NCBI GenBank assembly: GCA_002633005.1
Contig: NMRA01000264.1
Coordinates: 380,859 to 444,858, forward strand
Direction: 5' to 3'
Length of the DNA: 64,000 bases
From: Phoronis australis
Taxonomy: Eukaryota; Animalia; Phoronida
A program made the translations under genes and the position numbers. Below, piece by piece: positions 27,001-60,337 of this stretch; within the stretch, counting starts at the first letter, position 1, and each line of letters starts with the position of its first letter. The notes under the pieces are model-generated. The model made no database searches, had not been told where the DNA came from, and saw nothing but the letters and a program-made list of their open reading frames with translations.

Positions 27001-30000
27001 ACAATATTGCTAAGTTATTAAAATAAAAAATATATATGATTATTTCCGATACCAAGCATTCTTAAACTTGTATATTCATCACATGAAACTGATATCTTAT
27101 AAACAGAAAAAATAATTTATTGTTCCTGTAAATACATTAAGTTTGCTACTACCATAAAACTGTTCCTGTAAATACCTCAAGTTTGCTACTGCAATAAAAC
27201 AAATTAATATGTAAATTAGATGGAGTTTACATTCTAATCATGTATACACATTAATATCACTATGTTAATATGTTTACATTGCAGTAAAACTCTTACTGTT
27301 TGAAAGAAAAATTTGCACTGATTACTCACAGCTTGAAGTTTCTGTTTTTCTTCTTCAATGTCCTTTGAGTTGTCGATGACTTTTTCGACAATCTTTGTTT
27401 CGACTCGGGTCTCAACAACTTTCTCAGGAACGGCGACAGTTTCTGGTAAACCTTAAATATAAAGAAATTAGGTGTCAGGTTTCCTTAAAGACATTAGGTG
27501 TCAGGTTACATTAAAGACATTAGGTGTCAGGTTACCTTAAAGACATTAGGTGTCAGGTTACCTTAAAGACAATGGTGTCAGGTTACCTTAAAGACATTAG
27601 GTGTCAGGTTACCTTAAAGACATTAGGTATCAGGTTACCTTGAAGACATTAGGTGTCAGGTTACCTTAAAGATATTAGGTGTCAGGTTACCTCAAAGACA
27701 TTAGGTATCAGGTTACCTTAAAGAAATTAGGTGTCAGGTTACCTTAAAGACATTAAGCATCAGGATACCGTAAAGCGAAAACAAAGATAACTACCACTAA
27801 TGTCTCAACAATAAAAAAAAACATCATAAGGGGCAAATTTTATTTTCTTTTTACTCACAGATGATAGTAAAATTTTTCTAAAACCACTTTTTGGAGATGA
27901 TGCGATACCATCATTTCTAAAATTTACCGGTACACCAACCTCTATTCTATTTACATTCATTTGGCACCATGTTTTTGCTGGTAATAGGCTACATATTCGT
28001 GTAAATAGAAATTTAGAAATCATGTTAAAAGGTTATAAAAGGTTATAACTTCAGTCTTTTGAATTGGTGCCACTACCTTTTCCTGTGTTGCAGCTGCCAT
28101 CACACAAGAAAGTGGATTCATTGTATCCCGAGAATACTCAATTGACAGTAAAACTGCAGTCTGTTGACAGCATACCTTTTAGAATATGTTATTCAGTTAA
28201 TAGTAAATAAATAAACAAATCAATGATAATAACTTGGGATGGTATCTTCAATCTGGGAAAATAAAAAAATGGATTTTTTCATACAAAAGAATTTGATTGT
28301 CTGTAAATTTCAGGACCAATAAATTTATTACTTTCTTATCAACCAACTATTCTCATTTAACTTACAAACACACAGGTTTTAGGAAACACTAATTCTTTCA
28401 GTGACTGTAACAATCAAGTTCCAGTATCCATTACACAATACATAAATACGCTGAATACAGCCAACTTCCCTACCTGTCGGTACTCCACCATTAGGGACGG
28501 GGGCCTGCCCCATCAACATGGCCTTTAACTTCTCTATCTCCTCCTGATACTGACGCAGGAGAGCGTCTTTTGGATCCTCGTTAATCTTCGGCTTATTCTT
28601 AATATTCTTTGCACGGTTGGCGTAGCGCAGCGTACTGAGCGTCTCATCATAGTTGTTATCGGCCGGCGATAGGCACGCCACCATTAGAGTCTTTGTGTTT
28701 CCACCGAGAGAGTCTTGCAGAAGACGTGTCAGCTTGGAGTCACGATACGGAATGTGCTTCGATTTGCCATCAACGAGGGCTGAGATCACGTTACCAAGAG
28801 CTGATAGTGATAGATTAATTTTGGTGGCCTCTTTGAGCCTATTTCCTGTGGCGCCTGTGAGAAAACAGTGTACCATTATCGGTTTCATTTATACCCTTGT
28901 TTGCAAAATACTGTCTTTAATAGACTAACTCCCACACTGGATGAATTAGTTTTAATATAATTCCAAATGTTTTTGTCTTATAAAAATAGAGAAAATTACC
29001 GAAATCTTGAATTGAAATATAAGATGGATAGACCTTTCAGTGGCATGCAGCCACTTGGGAATTTTACTGAGCTAAATGGCAACATCTCTCTAATTTCCTA
29101 TAAGAGTTGGAATATTTTTAATATTTCAAAAGCTTCGAGCATTATAAACAAGACCAAAGCTGAGTGTTGAAATGCGCCCACGAATGCATCGCACATGGTG
29201 TGCTTTAAGGGTTATTTATTTGTATCATAAAAATGGCCACTAGATGGCGCAAAAACGTACAATCCATCCAAATGCAGCTATGGATGCAAAACAAAACAGA
29301 GCTACCACTAGGAGGCGCCACAGTAGTCAGTCACCATCATCAAATGTCCTCTTCACACTGAGAAAATTTCAATTTTCAAACCATCGCTAGAAGGATTTGG
29401 TTGACCAGGGTTTGAAAACAGCAAAAATGGCCACTAGGTTGCGCAAAATACCTAGATTCCATCCAAAAACAGGAGCAAAGCGTCATCTCTTCAATAGCTG
29501 CCTATATTCAAAATTTTATGAAAATCTGTTTTGGACCTTTGAAGATACAGAGGCAAACGTAAAAAACTAAATTGCCACTAGGGGGCACACGAGCGGTCAG
29601 ATTCATCTGAAAGTTGTCGTTGTTTGTTGTCAACATCATTTAAATACACTCGCTAAATCAAGTAAAGATCCTGCAAACGGTTTAGGAAATACAGTCATGA
29701 GCGCAAAAAAACTGCCAACAGGAGTTAAAATATACATGCTAATTTTCACAATTATCCTGAAAGTGGTTTGGTTGATAGACGAGTGGAAGCCAAAAAACAG
29801 ACTCGAAAACAGTAAAAATGGCCACTAGGTGGCGCAAACTAGGTCGAATCTATCTGACAATGGAGAGATGGCATCAACTCATTAACAGATGCGTGTATGC
29901 CAAATTTTATGAAAATACATTGAGGACTTTGAAGACAGAGAGGTAAACGTAAAAAAATAAAATTGCCACTAGGTGGCACACCAGTAGTCAGATCTGTCTG

Positions 30001-33000
30001 ATAGTCATCATCCTGCGTTATTAACATCATATAAATGCACTTACTAAATTTAGTAAAGATCCTGCAAACGGTTTAGGAGATACAGCCATAGGCGCAAAAA
30101 AAAATAATTGCCACTGGGAGGCACCACAGTAGTTGAAGTCGTCGGAAAACCATCGTCAGCCGTCCACTTCTTAGTAAAAACATACATGAAAATTTTCGCA
30201 ATCATCCTTTGAGCGGCTTGGTTGACGGAGGGATGGACGGCAAAAACAGTAAAAATGGCCACTAGGTGGCGCAAAATACCTCGAATCCATCCGAAAACAA
30301 AAGGATAGCATCACCTCATTAATAGATTCCTATGTGCCAAATTTCATGAAAATCGGTTGAGGACCTTTCAAGATACAGAGGCAAGCGTAAAAAAACTAAA
30401 ATTGCCACCAGGGGTACAACGGTATTTGGGTCGGTCCGAAACTCGTCGCCCTCTGTTGTCAACCCCATAGGAACACACCTGCCAAATTTCAATAAGATCC
30501 TCTAAGGGGTTTAGGAGATACAGCTGTGGACGCCGGACGCCAGGACGTACAGACAGAGATGACGGCAATATGCACCCACATATAAATACTGCTTCTAATC
30601 TTTTATACAAACACATAAAGATATTCCACTAGACTGCCACACTGTGTCCCTAATTGGTAAGATGTTACTTTTACTCCCGAGACGTGTTCTTTTCCGAGAC
30701 AAAAACACTGCTCAATGACACTGACAATTACTCAGTGAAATCAAACACAACTGTTTACAATGCACAAATAACAACACATACCTGTCTTGGCCTGCCGCTC
30801 ACTTCCTGCCAAATCCACCAGATTTAGCTTGCCCGCTCGAATGTGTTCCTCCCCTGATTGGTCTGGCTCAGACATCTCCAAGTTGATTGTGAATATGGAG
30901 TGACTCCTGGAGGAGTCTGCGTTCATCAGCGTGGCACCAACAGATCTGTTCTTCCAGCCTTGAGCCATAACTTTTGCACAGTCCTGTACATTGTGAACAG
31001 GGTGCATTGTAAGACCTAGAGCGAAAAGTTTTAACATACATTGAATTGAATCCAAGCAGGTGGAGTCGTGTTTTATTATTCACTTTTATGAATGCCATTC
31101 ACATTCTGAATGGAAGACACTGAGAGAAGTGTACATAAAAGTAACATAATTTAATGCCTTTTCCTGACTATAGCGAATTCTGAGCAGGAAATGGTGAACA
31201 TTTGGATTAAAAACGAAAAGCTACCTCCTTAAAATGAAAGTAAACAATTGTTCAGAGGAATTCTTTGATGAAAAACATCTTTTCTTTTTCTCAGTAAGGT
31301 TATGTTTCATATTTCAATCCCACATCAATCTTTAAAAGATATGTTTTAAAACCTACATTAAACTAATACTAATGAATGCAACAAACAAAAACAGTTCATG
31401 TTAAACTTTTCAAAATTTAGAATCAGTGAAAGTTACAGCAGAAGACTTACCGTTAACATAAACTCCTTTTTCAGGATGTTCGTGAAGGTCCAGTTTCTTC
31501 TTGCTGTCAGCTCCCAATAAATCGCGGATCTCTTCATTGTAAATTTCAAGGTAGGATGCATGGACAAGAAACTTGCAGCCTTCGGTGACGGAAATTGTCT
31601 CAAAAATATGATCAAATGCCCTGCGAAAAAGAAAATACCTTTATTTACTCACAGGATTCTGTTTGCAACAAGAAATAAGTGAATAAATCTCCATTGGTGG
31701 TGGATCTAGGATGCCATAAGGAGGGGTCAACCACAGTTGGGAAAATGTCCACAGAAGGTCTCAATACAGCATGTCAACTGTTTTTTCTTTTGACCATATT
31801 GGGAAGGGGTCTCCCAAAACCCGCCTACGTAGAGTACAAGACAAAGTAATGGACAAAACGCTGCTTTCCAGTCATGATGGCTGATTCTATCAAGAGTCAA
31901 AATAACCAAGCATTATGGGTAATTCCAGCAAAACCCTAAATGAGCACCTTCACTTTCTTCATGACATTCCCAAACATGAAAAAGGCTACTATGATAGTAG
32001 AGTCTGTTTGCCATCAGTCGTCAGGACAGTAAATTATCAGTTCTTTTGCCCCACTAATTTTGCCATGTACTGTATGTTGCTTCTAAAATTGAATGACAGC
32101 ACATTAGTTATAAAGTGATTTATCAAATCAAGGCTTAAAAGCACTGGCAAAATCAGTCAAGTTCAGCGACCAACACTATTCAAGAACTCAAAAATGGTAG
32201 ACTAAATGAGATTCTGGAAGGTAACTACAAATGTGAAGGCACAGGATACACTGTTTGTTGGACTGGATCACCTTAAAGTGATGTAGGACACCATAGAAAC
32301 ATGTCCAAATTTGGTTAACTTCTCAGAAATGAGCGCTTGGATTCATACGAAACTTTCAGATAAATTGATTTTTGCACTCGTCTCTAAAACACTGTTAGAC
32401 ATTGTACCACTTTTGCATGATAAGGTACTAACAATGAAAAGATCCAAAATTCTTAAAACGAAACGAAATGATACTACAAAAAAACTGTAGCAGTGCTTTC
32501 GAAATTTAATCTAGAACATTACCAATGACTTTTGGTTTGTTATAAGCAAGTTGCCATGCAACCAATTTTACTACCTTCTTTGCTAAATTTAACTAAACAG
32601 ACATTACCCACTTAATGACAGATTGATGTAACATTAATTAATCAAATTCCCAAGCTTTTTACTTTCAGAAAATATAGACTTTTACCACAAGTGAAATCTA
32701 CAATTTTGTAAAATTTGGCCAAATACACAAGCTCGTACATAACCTTGAAATTAAAACATCTAATTCATGAATGTTATGCACAGCCTTGTTGGCAAGTCTG
32801 TGAATTCAAATTTTAAATTCAAAGAAAAAATAAAATAAATAATGAATTTCATGAACTAACAACTACGATACTGTGTCAATGAAAATGAATTATACAAAAT
32901 TAATATACAATAGGCTCAGTGAATAATTTAACAAATCAATACTGTCTTGATTTAGTATATAAGGGGGGTACATTGGGCCAGATACTGTGACCTGTGTCCT

Positions 33001-34375
33001 TGGCACTGACACCACTTATTCAGGATTAGTGTTAATAAAAACTCTGCTCTGTAAATGTTTATTATGGATTTAGATTTCTGGTTAAAACTGGAAATATTTG
33101 ATTACTGATTCAGTAACACAGTCCTTAATCAATAAATCTTGATGGATTGGAACAATTTGTTATTGATAGACCTGCAACAGAGACAGTAGTCTAATTAAGT
33201 ATTTATCACACATCAATACTTCCAGTCAATACCAACATGGGCTGTCCTTGATGACAGTTCAAAATTCTGTAGCAGTTTACAAGTGTATCAACTACTAGAG
33301 TCCTTTGTACGAAACGGACTAACTGAAAACAACAAATGATATATTTCACTTTAAACTGAACTCTAAAGTTTACGTCATGACTTTGACTGGCTTAAGGCCC
33401 TTCAAATTATATCAGTTATTTTTCACTACAGAACTCCTAAATTTTAGTATTTCTAAAATCGTTTGGAAAAATACTAATTTCCAGCAAAACTTAATTCTAC
33501 ACAAGATACCGACAAATGCATTCTGTGGATAAAGTGTTCAATGGCCTGCTTCACTAAATGAATTGTAACTTTACCAACTTAAATTTTAATTTAAACCATA
33601 CATAAAAACCAAACAAAAATCCAATCTTGTATATCAAAGCCTTGTGCTATATCTATGAACAATTATGCAACAGACATCTCAAAACAATGTGCCACGAGAG
33701 CTCACCTAATATTTGCACCTACCACGCCCCTCAGAATACAAGCCTACCTTGGAATGATGCCCCTCTGAGTGGGAGGGTCAGTGATACCCTGCATACTGAA
33801 TGACTTCCCGCAGCCAGTTTGACCATAGGCAAATATGGTGCCATTGTAGCCTTCAGTCACACCCTGTGAGAGAATATGTAAAACAGTGCTATGATAAAAG
33901 GGCCAATAAGTCTGACATAACATGCCAACATTTTGAGAACCAGTTTGATGCCCGTTATTTAATGGAGAAATCTGGCTCTCAAAGTGCGTGTACCTTATAT
34001 AAGACTATTAGAGAGAAGAGGTAAACTCCAAAAATACTTTAAAAGTCTCAATAAATCCTTGAGGATTCTTTGTGACAACATTGTTGATCAGTTGAACAAA
34101 CAAATAATAAAAATATAAAAATACTTGATACGACAAACAAGACCTACCTCCACCAACGGATAGGCGATGTCATTATAGATCTGTTCTGTTGTAGAATCTG
34201 TAAAATAAGCTCCGTCAAACGTGAAGCTTTTTGGTGGAGCTTTTTCCTCCGAGGGGTTCTGAATGGAACACTGACCGCGTGCATTGTCCATTGTGACCAC
34301 ACAGGTACATTTCAAGTCCTTCTCCCTCGTGTTCATAGGACGACATCTTACAATAACCTTTACAGCTTCTGCCAT
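14890..34375 (-). CDS. KIF17: Kinesin-2 family KIF17/OSM-3-like motor, 17 coding exons, 2910 nt, about 969 aa
   Basis: N-terminal motor with P-loop GQTGCGKS, switch I NADSSRSH, switch II DLAGSE and [22 protein letters not shown]17-type stalk and tail ([13 protein letters not shown]; [18 protein letters not shown]; [13 protein letters not shown]; basic C-terminus). All exon phases join in frame. Confidence 0.92.
17926..18025 (-). CDS. KIF17: KIF17 coding exon 16
   Basis: [24 protein letters not shown], resembling the KIF17 tail NYF.KRA motif. Confidence 0.85.
18650..18753 (-). CDS. KIF17: KIF17 coding exon 15
   Basis: ttgtag|GC ATG ATG CCA...AGA CAG|gtataa; ...PPEEDRFRQ. Confidence 0.75.
20247..20508 (-). 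CDS. KIF17: KIF17 coding exon 14
   Basis: [25 protein letters not shown]...[30 protein letters not shown]. Confidence 0.9.
21026..21132 (-). CDS. KIF17: KIF17 coding exon 13
   Basis: [35 protein letters not shown]|gtaagt. Confidence 0.88.
21434..21549 (-). CDS. KIF17: KIF17 coding exon 12
   Basis: [38 protein letters not shown]. Confidence 0.88.
22799..22935 (-). CDS. KIF17: KIF17 coding exon 11
   Basis: [12 protein letters not shown]...LAQQEAMK; phase 0 to 2. Confidence 0.75.
23296..23357 (-). CDS. KIF17: KIF17 coding exon 10
   Basis: ttccag|TG GAG TCT...GTA TAT|gtgagt; supplies the required phase 1 to 0 change. Confidence 0.7.
23818..23925 (-). CDS. KIF17: KIF17 coding exon 9
   Basis: tttcag|TG GCT GAA...CAA T|gtaagt. 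Confidence 0.7.
24253..24333. repeat. 11-bp tandem repeat GCATAATG(G/C)AA, about 7 copies
   Basis: Visible directly. Confidence 0.9.
25237..25536 (-). CDS. KIF17: KIF17 coding exon 8 (low-complexity linker; donor less certain)
   Basis: [23 protein letters not shown]...DSLQPN; phase 1-1. Confidence 0.7.
26385..26538 (-). CDS. KIF17: KIF17 coding exon 7 (coiled coil)
   Basis: [38 protein letters not shown]. Confidence 0.85.
27330..27451 (-). CDS. KIF17: KIF17 coding exon 6
   Basis: tttaag|GT TTA...CAA GCT|gtgagt; [15 protein letters not shown]...EEEKQKLQA. Confidence 0.8.
27460..27775. repeat. 26-bp minisatellite (TAAAGACATTAGGTGTCAGGTTACCT), about 12 copies, abutting the KIF17 exon 6 acceptor
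   Basis: Visible directly. Confidence 0.93.
28474..28854 (-). CDS. KIF17: KIF17 coding exon 5 (motor end and neck)
   Basis: [23 protein letters not shown]...[30 protein letters not shown]. Confidence 0.93.
29146..30620 (+). mobile_element. Satellite-carrying non-autonomous element (Helentron/HINE-like architecture), boundaries approximate
   Basis: Begins AAACAAGA, contains ~390-440 bp internal tandem units, and has a GGAC/CAGA-type microsatellite near the 3' end (30528-30565). The family assignment is inferred from architecture only. Confidence 0.55.
30782..31015 (-). CDS. KIF17: KIF17 coding exon 4 (switch I/II)
   Basis: LTMHPV...[12 protein letters not shown]...[15 protein letters not shown]. 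Confidence 0.93.
31451..31620 (-). CDS. KIF17: KIF17 coding exon 3
   Basis: [10 protein letters not shown]...[14 protein letters not shown]...HPEKGVYVN|gtaagt. Confidence 0.93.
33748..33863 (-). CDS. KIF17: KIF17 coding exon 2 (P-loop)
   Basis: [39 protein letters not shown]. Confidence 0.93.
34148..34375 (-). CDS. KIF17: KIF17 coding exon 1 (acceptor at 34381-34382 implies an upstream non-coding exon)
   Basis: [13 protein letters not shown]...IAYPLVE|gtaggt. Confidence 0.93.
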
Positions 34376-34380
34376 AGTTC

Positions 34381-35998
34381 CTGAAAAAAGTGTGAAGCAG
34401 TTAACGACAGTTTCATAAACAACTGGACATGGATATCACTTTGATGTGTTACATTTATTAAAAGAACTATGAGTAAGAAGTATGCAGACCAAGAAAATTA
34501 CAATAATTTAGTGAAAGTCTTATCCTATTTTAATTACCAAGTTTATCTTGAAAATGCCGATGGTTTCATAAACAGCAGGACATGAATATCACTTCGTTAC
34601 GTTATACTTATCACATGATCTATCAAAAAGTAATATGCAAAGTAAATGCTCAATCAAAGTAGTAGAACAAAGGTTTCCACCTCAAAACAAGAACCAAGAC
34701 AATGTTTTCAAAGAAATTGCAACTGAGGCTTTATAGCCACAATAAACACATCTTTTTAATCTATATCTCTTACAACTGTGATAAAACTGGTCTTAAATAG
34801 TTCATTATTCACAGTAGAAGTGATTTCTAGATTTGAAAAGAAAGTCCATTACTACTTGGGACCTGGAAAAATACGTTGACATAACCATTTTAAACCCCCA
34901 GTATGTCCTCAAGCACAGATGAACGGACTCACTGGTACCAAAACCTAGCCCAGTATGTCATCAAGCATAGATAAATAGACTCATTTCTAGTCTCTGAGGG
35001 GAACAAGTTGCGATCAATTTTATGGCAATAGTTGGATTGGTAGGTACCTGATTTAGAATTGATTTGAAAACCAGTTACTGCCACTGAACAACAGATACAG
35101 GTAACAGAAGTGAGAAAACTGCATATCCACCAACAGTAGACATCTTATATTTGGTAGAAAACAGTCTCTGAGGAGATGAGACTCAGAATGAAAAAGGTAC
35201 AGTTTGTATATAGTGTTTGACCTCTTGGACACTGGTCAGATAGAGCAGTCCATGATTTTGAGAACCAGGCGATAACTGAATAATTGATTCGTTCTTTAAT
35301 TCAGGGACCTCAGCATAAGACCAGTGCCGACTTCCTGTCACTAGTGTCAGTCTTCAGGACTTCAGGTCATAGACATAAATCATTATTGGCAATTTACCTA
35401 ATCTATAAAGCCTCGATTGGTCAGGAATGATAACAAAAGCCAAAAGAACTTGGGTACAAAGTTATATGTCGCGAAAGTCCCCTTTTGCACGAGTTAACGA
35501 TAGCTATCACCGTCACTGTCACGGCGGTCACACGGGGACACTGACTGACTGAGCAGTGTATCTCCTGGCTACCACTGTAAACAACCTATTTCGGATGTGG
35601 TTTAACGAATATCATCTGAAGACAAGCAGATTATTTCCAGCCCGAGTAGTCTAAGATGTAGTTTAATTTTTGTCCAGCTATATTCCACAAAGTCTTGAAC
35701 TCAAAGCGATTGGAAAATCGTCTTCTTTGTAAAAATTCCAGTCCGAATTAATGGAATCCATCTTGGTTATAAAATATGTGCAGATGCATGCTGGGAAATG
35801 CTTATTTAGCCTAAAATCATGGTCGTTTCCTATTCTTCATTACAAAATTCATGGAAGTTGTATATTGTATGAAATAAGATATTATAATATAATGCCAATC
35901 TATTGGTTATAAATATGTTATCTTTTTCTGTTGTATTTACATCAAAATTTTATATTAAATTCTCAAGAGTATACAGCCTCGTTTTAGATACCGGCAAG
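34381..35998. promoter_or_regulatory. Divergent KIF17/PSMD2 5' region (KIF17 5'UTR intron and exon plus the shared promoter region)
   Basis: Start codons at 34375 (-) and 35999 (+) point away from each other 1.6 kb apart. A YY1-like CCATCTT lies at about 35758. Confidence 0.55.
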
Positions 35999-56456
<20,458 letters not shown>

Positions 56457-57611
56457 GACAGTTATAGAGAGAAGAGTGTTTGGTGGCCAGTTCTCTGGAC
56501 TCTAGCTACCTGGTTATTGTTGACATCCAGGACATTGTTGTAGATAACTTTGCATCACTTTGTACACTGATTATCAATGTGAATATTGTTCATAAAGTGT
56601 ATATGAACCATTTGTTTCCATTCTTGTGCAGTTCTCTACAGTGAGTGCTGACGTTCAAGTCACACGCAGTTTCATTTTAAAATCATTTTGGAGGTTTTTA
56701 GTATATCAAGTTAGCGAACGTTTTTTCATGTGATAGCATCATGGGTCCACAAAGACTGGGTTGATTTGCTTTAGTTTGAAATTGGCAAGTGACTGTATCA
56801 TTGCATGTTGCTTTGATTGTAAATACTCAAAAATACGAGGTCACATTCTTGGTCTCAAAAACAAAACACGATTCAGCCTTCATCTAAAGTACAGTTCTTA
56901 AATATTTTGTTGACTTGTCGGCAGTGAGGTGTTACCTGGGCGGCCCTCAATAGACCAAGTTTCTTGCTAGAAAAGCAATACTTGGCAAAATCTTGCGAGT
57001 GAAAGCCTAGTGTTTCGCGAGTATTCTGGGTACCTTTGTAACCCATCCTGACAAAATTGCAATTGGTCGTTGAGGTTGGAATGTTGAATTATGAGATATA
57101 GTTCATAAATTATGCATTCCCCAAGCACAGATTTTTTCGCTGCAAGTACAAGCTAGTATACTGCGTCTACTTGGTGCAGCCCTAGCTGTCTGAAGGAATT
57201 CCAGGGGTAGTCAATTGCTTGGCGCAGTGCATCACACATAGGCTGTCCAGGGGTAAAGTTTAGCCAAGTAACTGTTTGCACATCACAGTCTAGAAATAAT
57301 TTACAGAAATTATGTTCATTAGTAATTAAGTTATGCTTACAATCTCAGAGACTTGGCATTTTTACTCAAGTGAGATTTAATTATATTTCAAAAATAATTT
57401 TGTGGAGCTTAAGGCCAAATTTCTGTTCTTAAAGTCTAAAGTCGCTTTTCATAAAAGAGACCCAGCTATCCATTGTTCTATGAAATATGTGCGAACTATA
57501 CTGAATCAAAGCTAAAACCATTTCGAGATGGAGAAGCAACAAGAGCAAACCACAACAGTGATATGTATCCACCGTGCATTGCAAAAGGTATGTTTTTGGG
57601 GTTGCTTATAA

Positions 57612-57790
57612 CAAGGCTTGGAATTTTCTGAGGAAACGTATTTCCACTTTTTTCTCTTATTCCCTCCTCGCATTTTTGTTATATTTCCGCGGAAAAAATC
57701 GGATTTGCCATAAAATTTTCGCCCTAAATTGGTTTCTAACCTCCGCGCATTTACTACGTAAGCCAACACTGCGTGGATTGGTGTATTGAC
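57612..57790 (+). repeat. Partial, diverged relative of the 54991-55502 MITE left end
   Basis: CAAGGCTTGGAATTTTC...ATTTCCGCGGAAAAAATCGGATTTG. Confidence 0.65.
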
Positions 57791-60337
57791 ATGCATTCGT
57801 GTACACGAATGCCTGTCGATCCACCAATCCACGCACATATGCGTTTCCATCCTTTTAAATTCAGCAGAAGCCGACGGTAAGTTTATAGACAGCCCTCCGT
57901 CGTAGCTCAAAAACCTGAATTTAACTATAACCATGTTTGCTTGCTCTGAGAAAACACCGAAGAGCACGTTCAGATTTTTTGGGGGAAAGTAGGTCTAAAC
58001 CCAATAAAAACTCTGGTCAATGGAGATAGACTTCTCTTTTCACTAGTGCATACACAGCCTCACACACTTCATGCGAGCAACCCGATGGAAACAAATTTCA
58101 GTCCTTAGCATAATGCAAAATGAAGGTGATGCGGCAATGTTAAATATCACCCCGCAGATATGAGCCGGTTGAAATTACTGAACAAAGACTTGGAGTTTGC
58201 TCAGGAACTTCGACCATCCCAAAGTGAGCTGACGATTCAGAAAGGGCTATCTTGATAAAACTGCGTTTTGATTTTTTGAAGTCATCACCTTCCAGCTTGA
58301 AATTTCAAACGCCAGTTGTTATAAAAACTTCAAAATGAAAATGAAACTACCATAAATGATGAAACTTCATAGACTGGGTTACACAGAAAGTCATATTAAA
58401 ATATGCCAGTAGTTGCACCTTGACATTTAATGTTTAATACTCATGATAACACAGATTTTGTATTAGTTATATTTAGTAATACACAAACTCTCTTAAGTCA
58501 TGGTTAGTCTCTTAACATTCAACAACGTTGGGGAGTGCCTTTATTTAGGCAGTTCCCTACGTTTTAGCATAAGGGGACCCGGCTGAAGGTGGCCAAAGAG
58601 CGGAGCTCCTTTCTTAATACAGAGTAACCCACTTTTAAAGCTCGAAATTGAATTTCTTGCCTTGTCATTTAAATGAGAATAATTTAAAGTAATAAATTGT
58701 TCTTGATGATAAATCCCTAGTTACCAAAATTCCCAGTTAATTGCTGCTCCCCTTCACCTCGAGTGTACCACCTCCCTAATCACACAAAATTGCTTACTTC
58801 TAATAAACTCAACATCTGAACTACACTTAACCTCACTTAACTTTCACTTAACTTTTCAGCTTCTGGACTGCAACAAAAGTGGTAACAAATATACAACTTA
58901 TGCCCAAGTATGCACATGCAATTGGAATTGGAGTAAATGTGATTACTTCTACAGGCTGTCAACTTAGATGTGATGATGAGTTTTAATTAGAGGTAGCATG
59001 TACATGCAAACAAAATGCAGGAAACTGATATATTGGAAATTTTCACAAAAATAATCGCCAATGTTACCATTTTCATCTCTCAAAGGGTTCCAACCTTGTT
59101 GTGAAAGTTCAGTGTCACAGAACTGTCTCATGGTAGCTACATTCTAGAACTTAAAAATGATATACCATTTATTTGGTGCTACTGATCATTTATCAAAAAA
59201 TTATAAAATAAGATTTCCTTTGTCGACCATGTTGTGCCCTGAATTTCATAGTACATAAACTATGTCAGTCCAGAGAGAGCAATCATTTCCCACTAACACG
59301 TCCAAGGCAAGGGAATGTGCTTATTTTTTGTTAGCCCCTCAATAAAGAAAACCTTCACAGTACGCTTATGTACAGTACATATGATAAACAGTTTGTTCAT
59401 GATCAAAGCTTACAAAGAAATTTCTCAGTGGCTGAAGGCAGTTAAGGTGTATACTTAAGCACAGTATCAAACAGCATGTATACAGAATAGTAATTCTTGT
59501 ATTAATTCGTACAAACCTATATTTAGAAGTTTCTCTTGAAATGATTTGAGAACCTTAGAATACATGTTAGGCCCTACATACATTAACTAATAAAACTAAC
59601 CTTTGAACACATAAGGCAGAGGGCGCTGGTTTTTGGACATGTTAGAAGGCAGCCAATCTCCCAGCAGTTACTATAAAACTTGACTAGCATCTTGGAAGTA
59701 GTTCAAATATTAAATAAATGGAGTAAGATTTTACCACCTAACAATAACCCCGGTTAACCTGTTTAGCTTAAATGCAATCTAAATTTCTATATGATGCAAT
59801 ATGCGATACCATTATTCAGTAAACATTAAATCTGTAACTAACTAAAGTCACCTTCCACAAAAAAAGAACTTTTGACTTGGACAATTTACCGTTAGAAAAT
59901 TCGTCTGAACCTGTTCGTTTAGAGATTATTCCATGGCTTTGGGACCAAGCTCTACAAGTTGGCTTGTCAGGGCGTGTCACTTTACACAGCGCACATGAAC
60001 TTCCAGCTCTTTGCAAACCTATAGATCCCTTCCCAACTGAGCAAGGAACAAGTTGGGACCAATTTTACAGAGGTGAATGGTTTAAATTGAAAGTTTGTTT
60101 GAAGTTGGAGATAATTTTTTGTTGACTGTATTTTTGTTGCATGACACTCCAAACTAAAAGTGAAACAAGAAGCACTAATATTATTTAGATGTCAGACATG
60201 TAGTTTGACAATAGCTTCAAATCTTCCTGGTTTCAATAACTTCAAGCATTACTACCGAGTACACTATAATGGCAACTGGGTAAACATCAACCACGTTTTT
60301 GGCTAAACCCTGATCCTTGACCTTTTACTCGGAAGTT

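Noticed and set aside
32550-32562. X-box-like GTTGCCATGCAAC in KIF17 intron 2
   Set aside because: It is an imperfect match, far from the presumed TSS and in repeat-like sequence.
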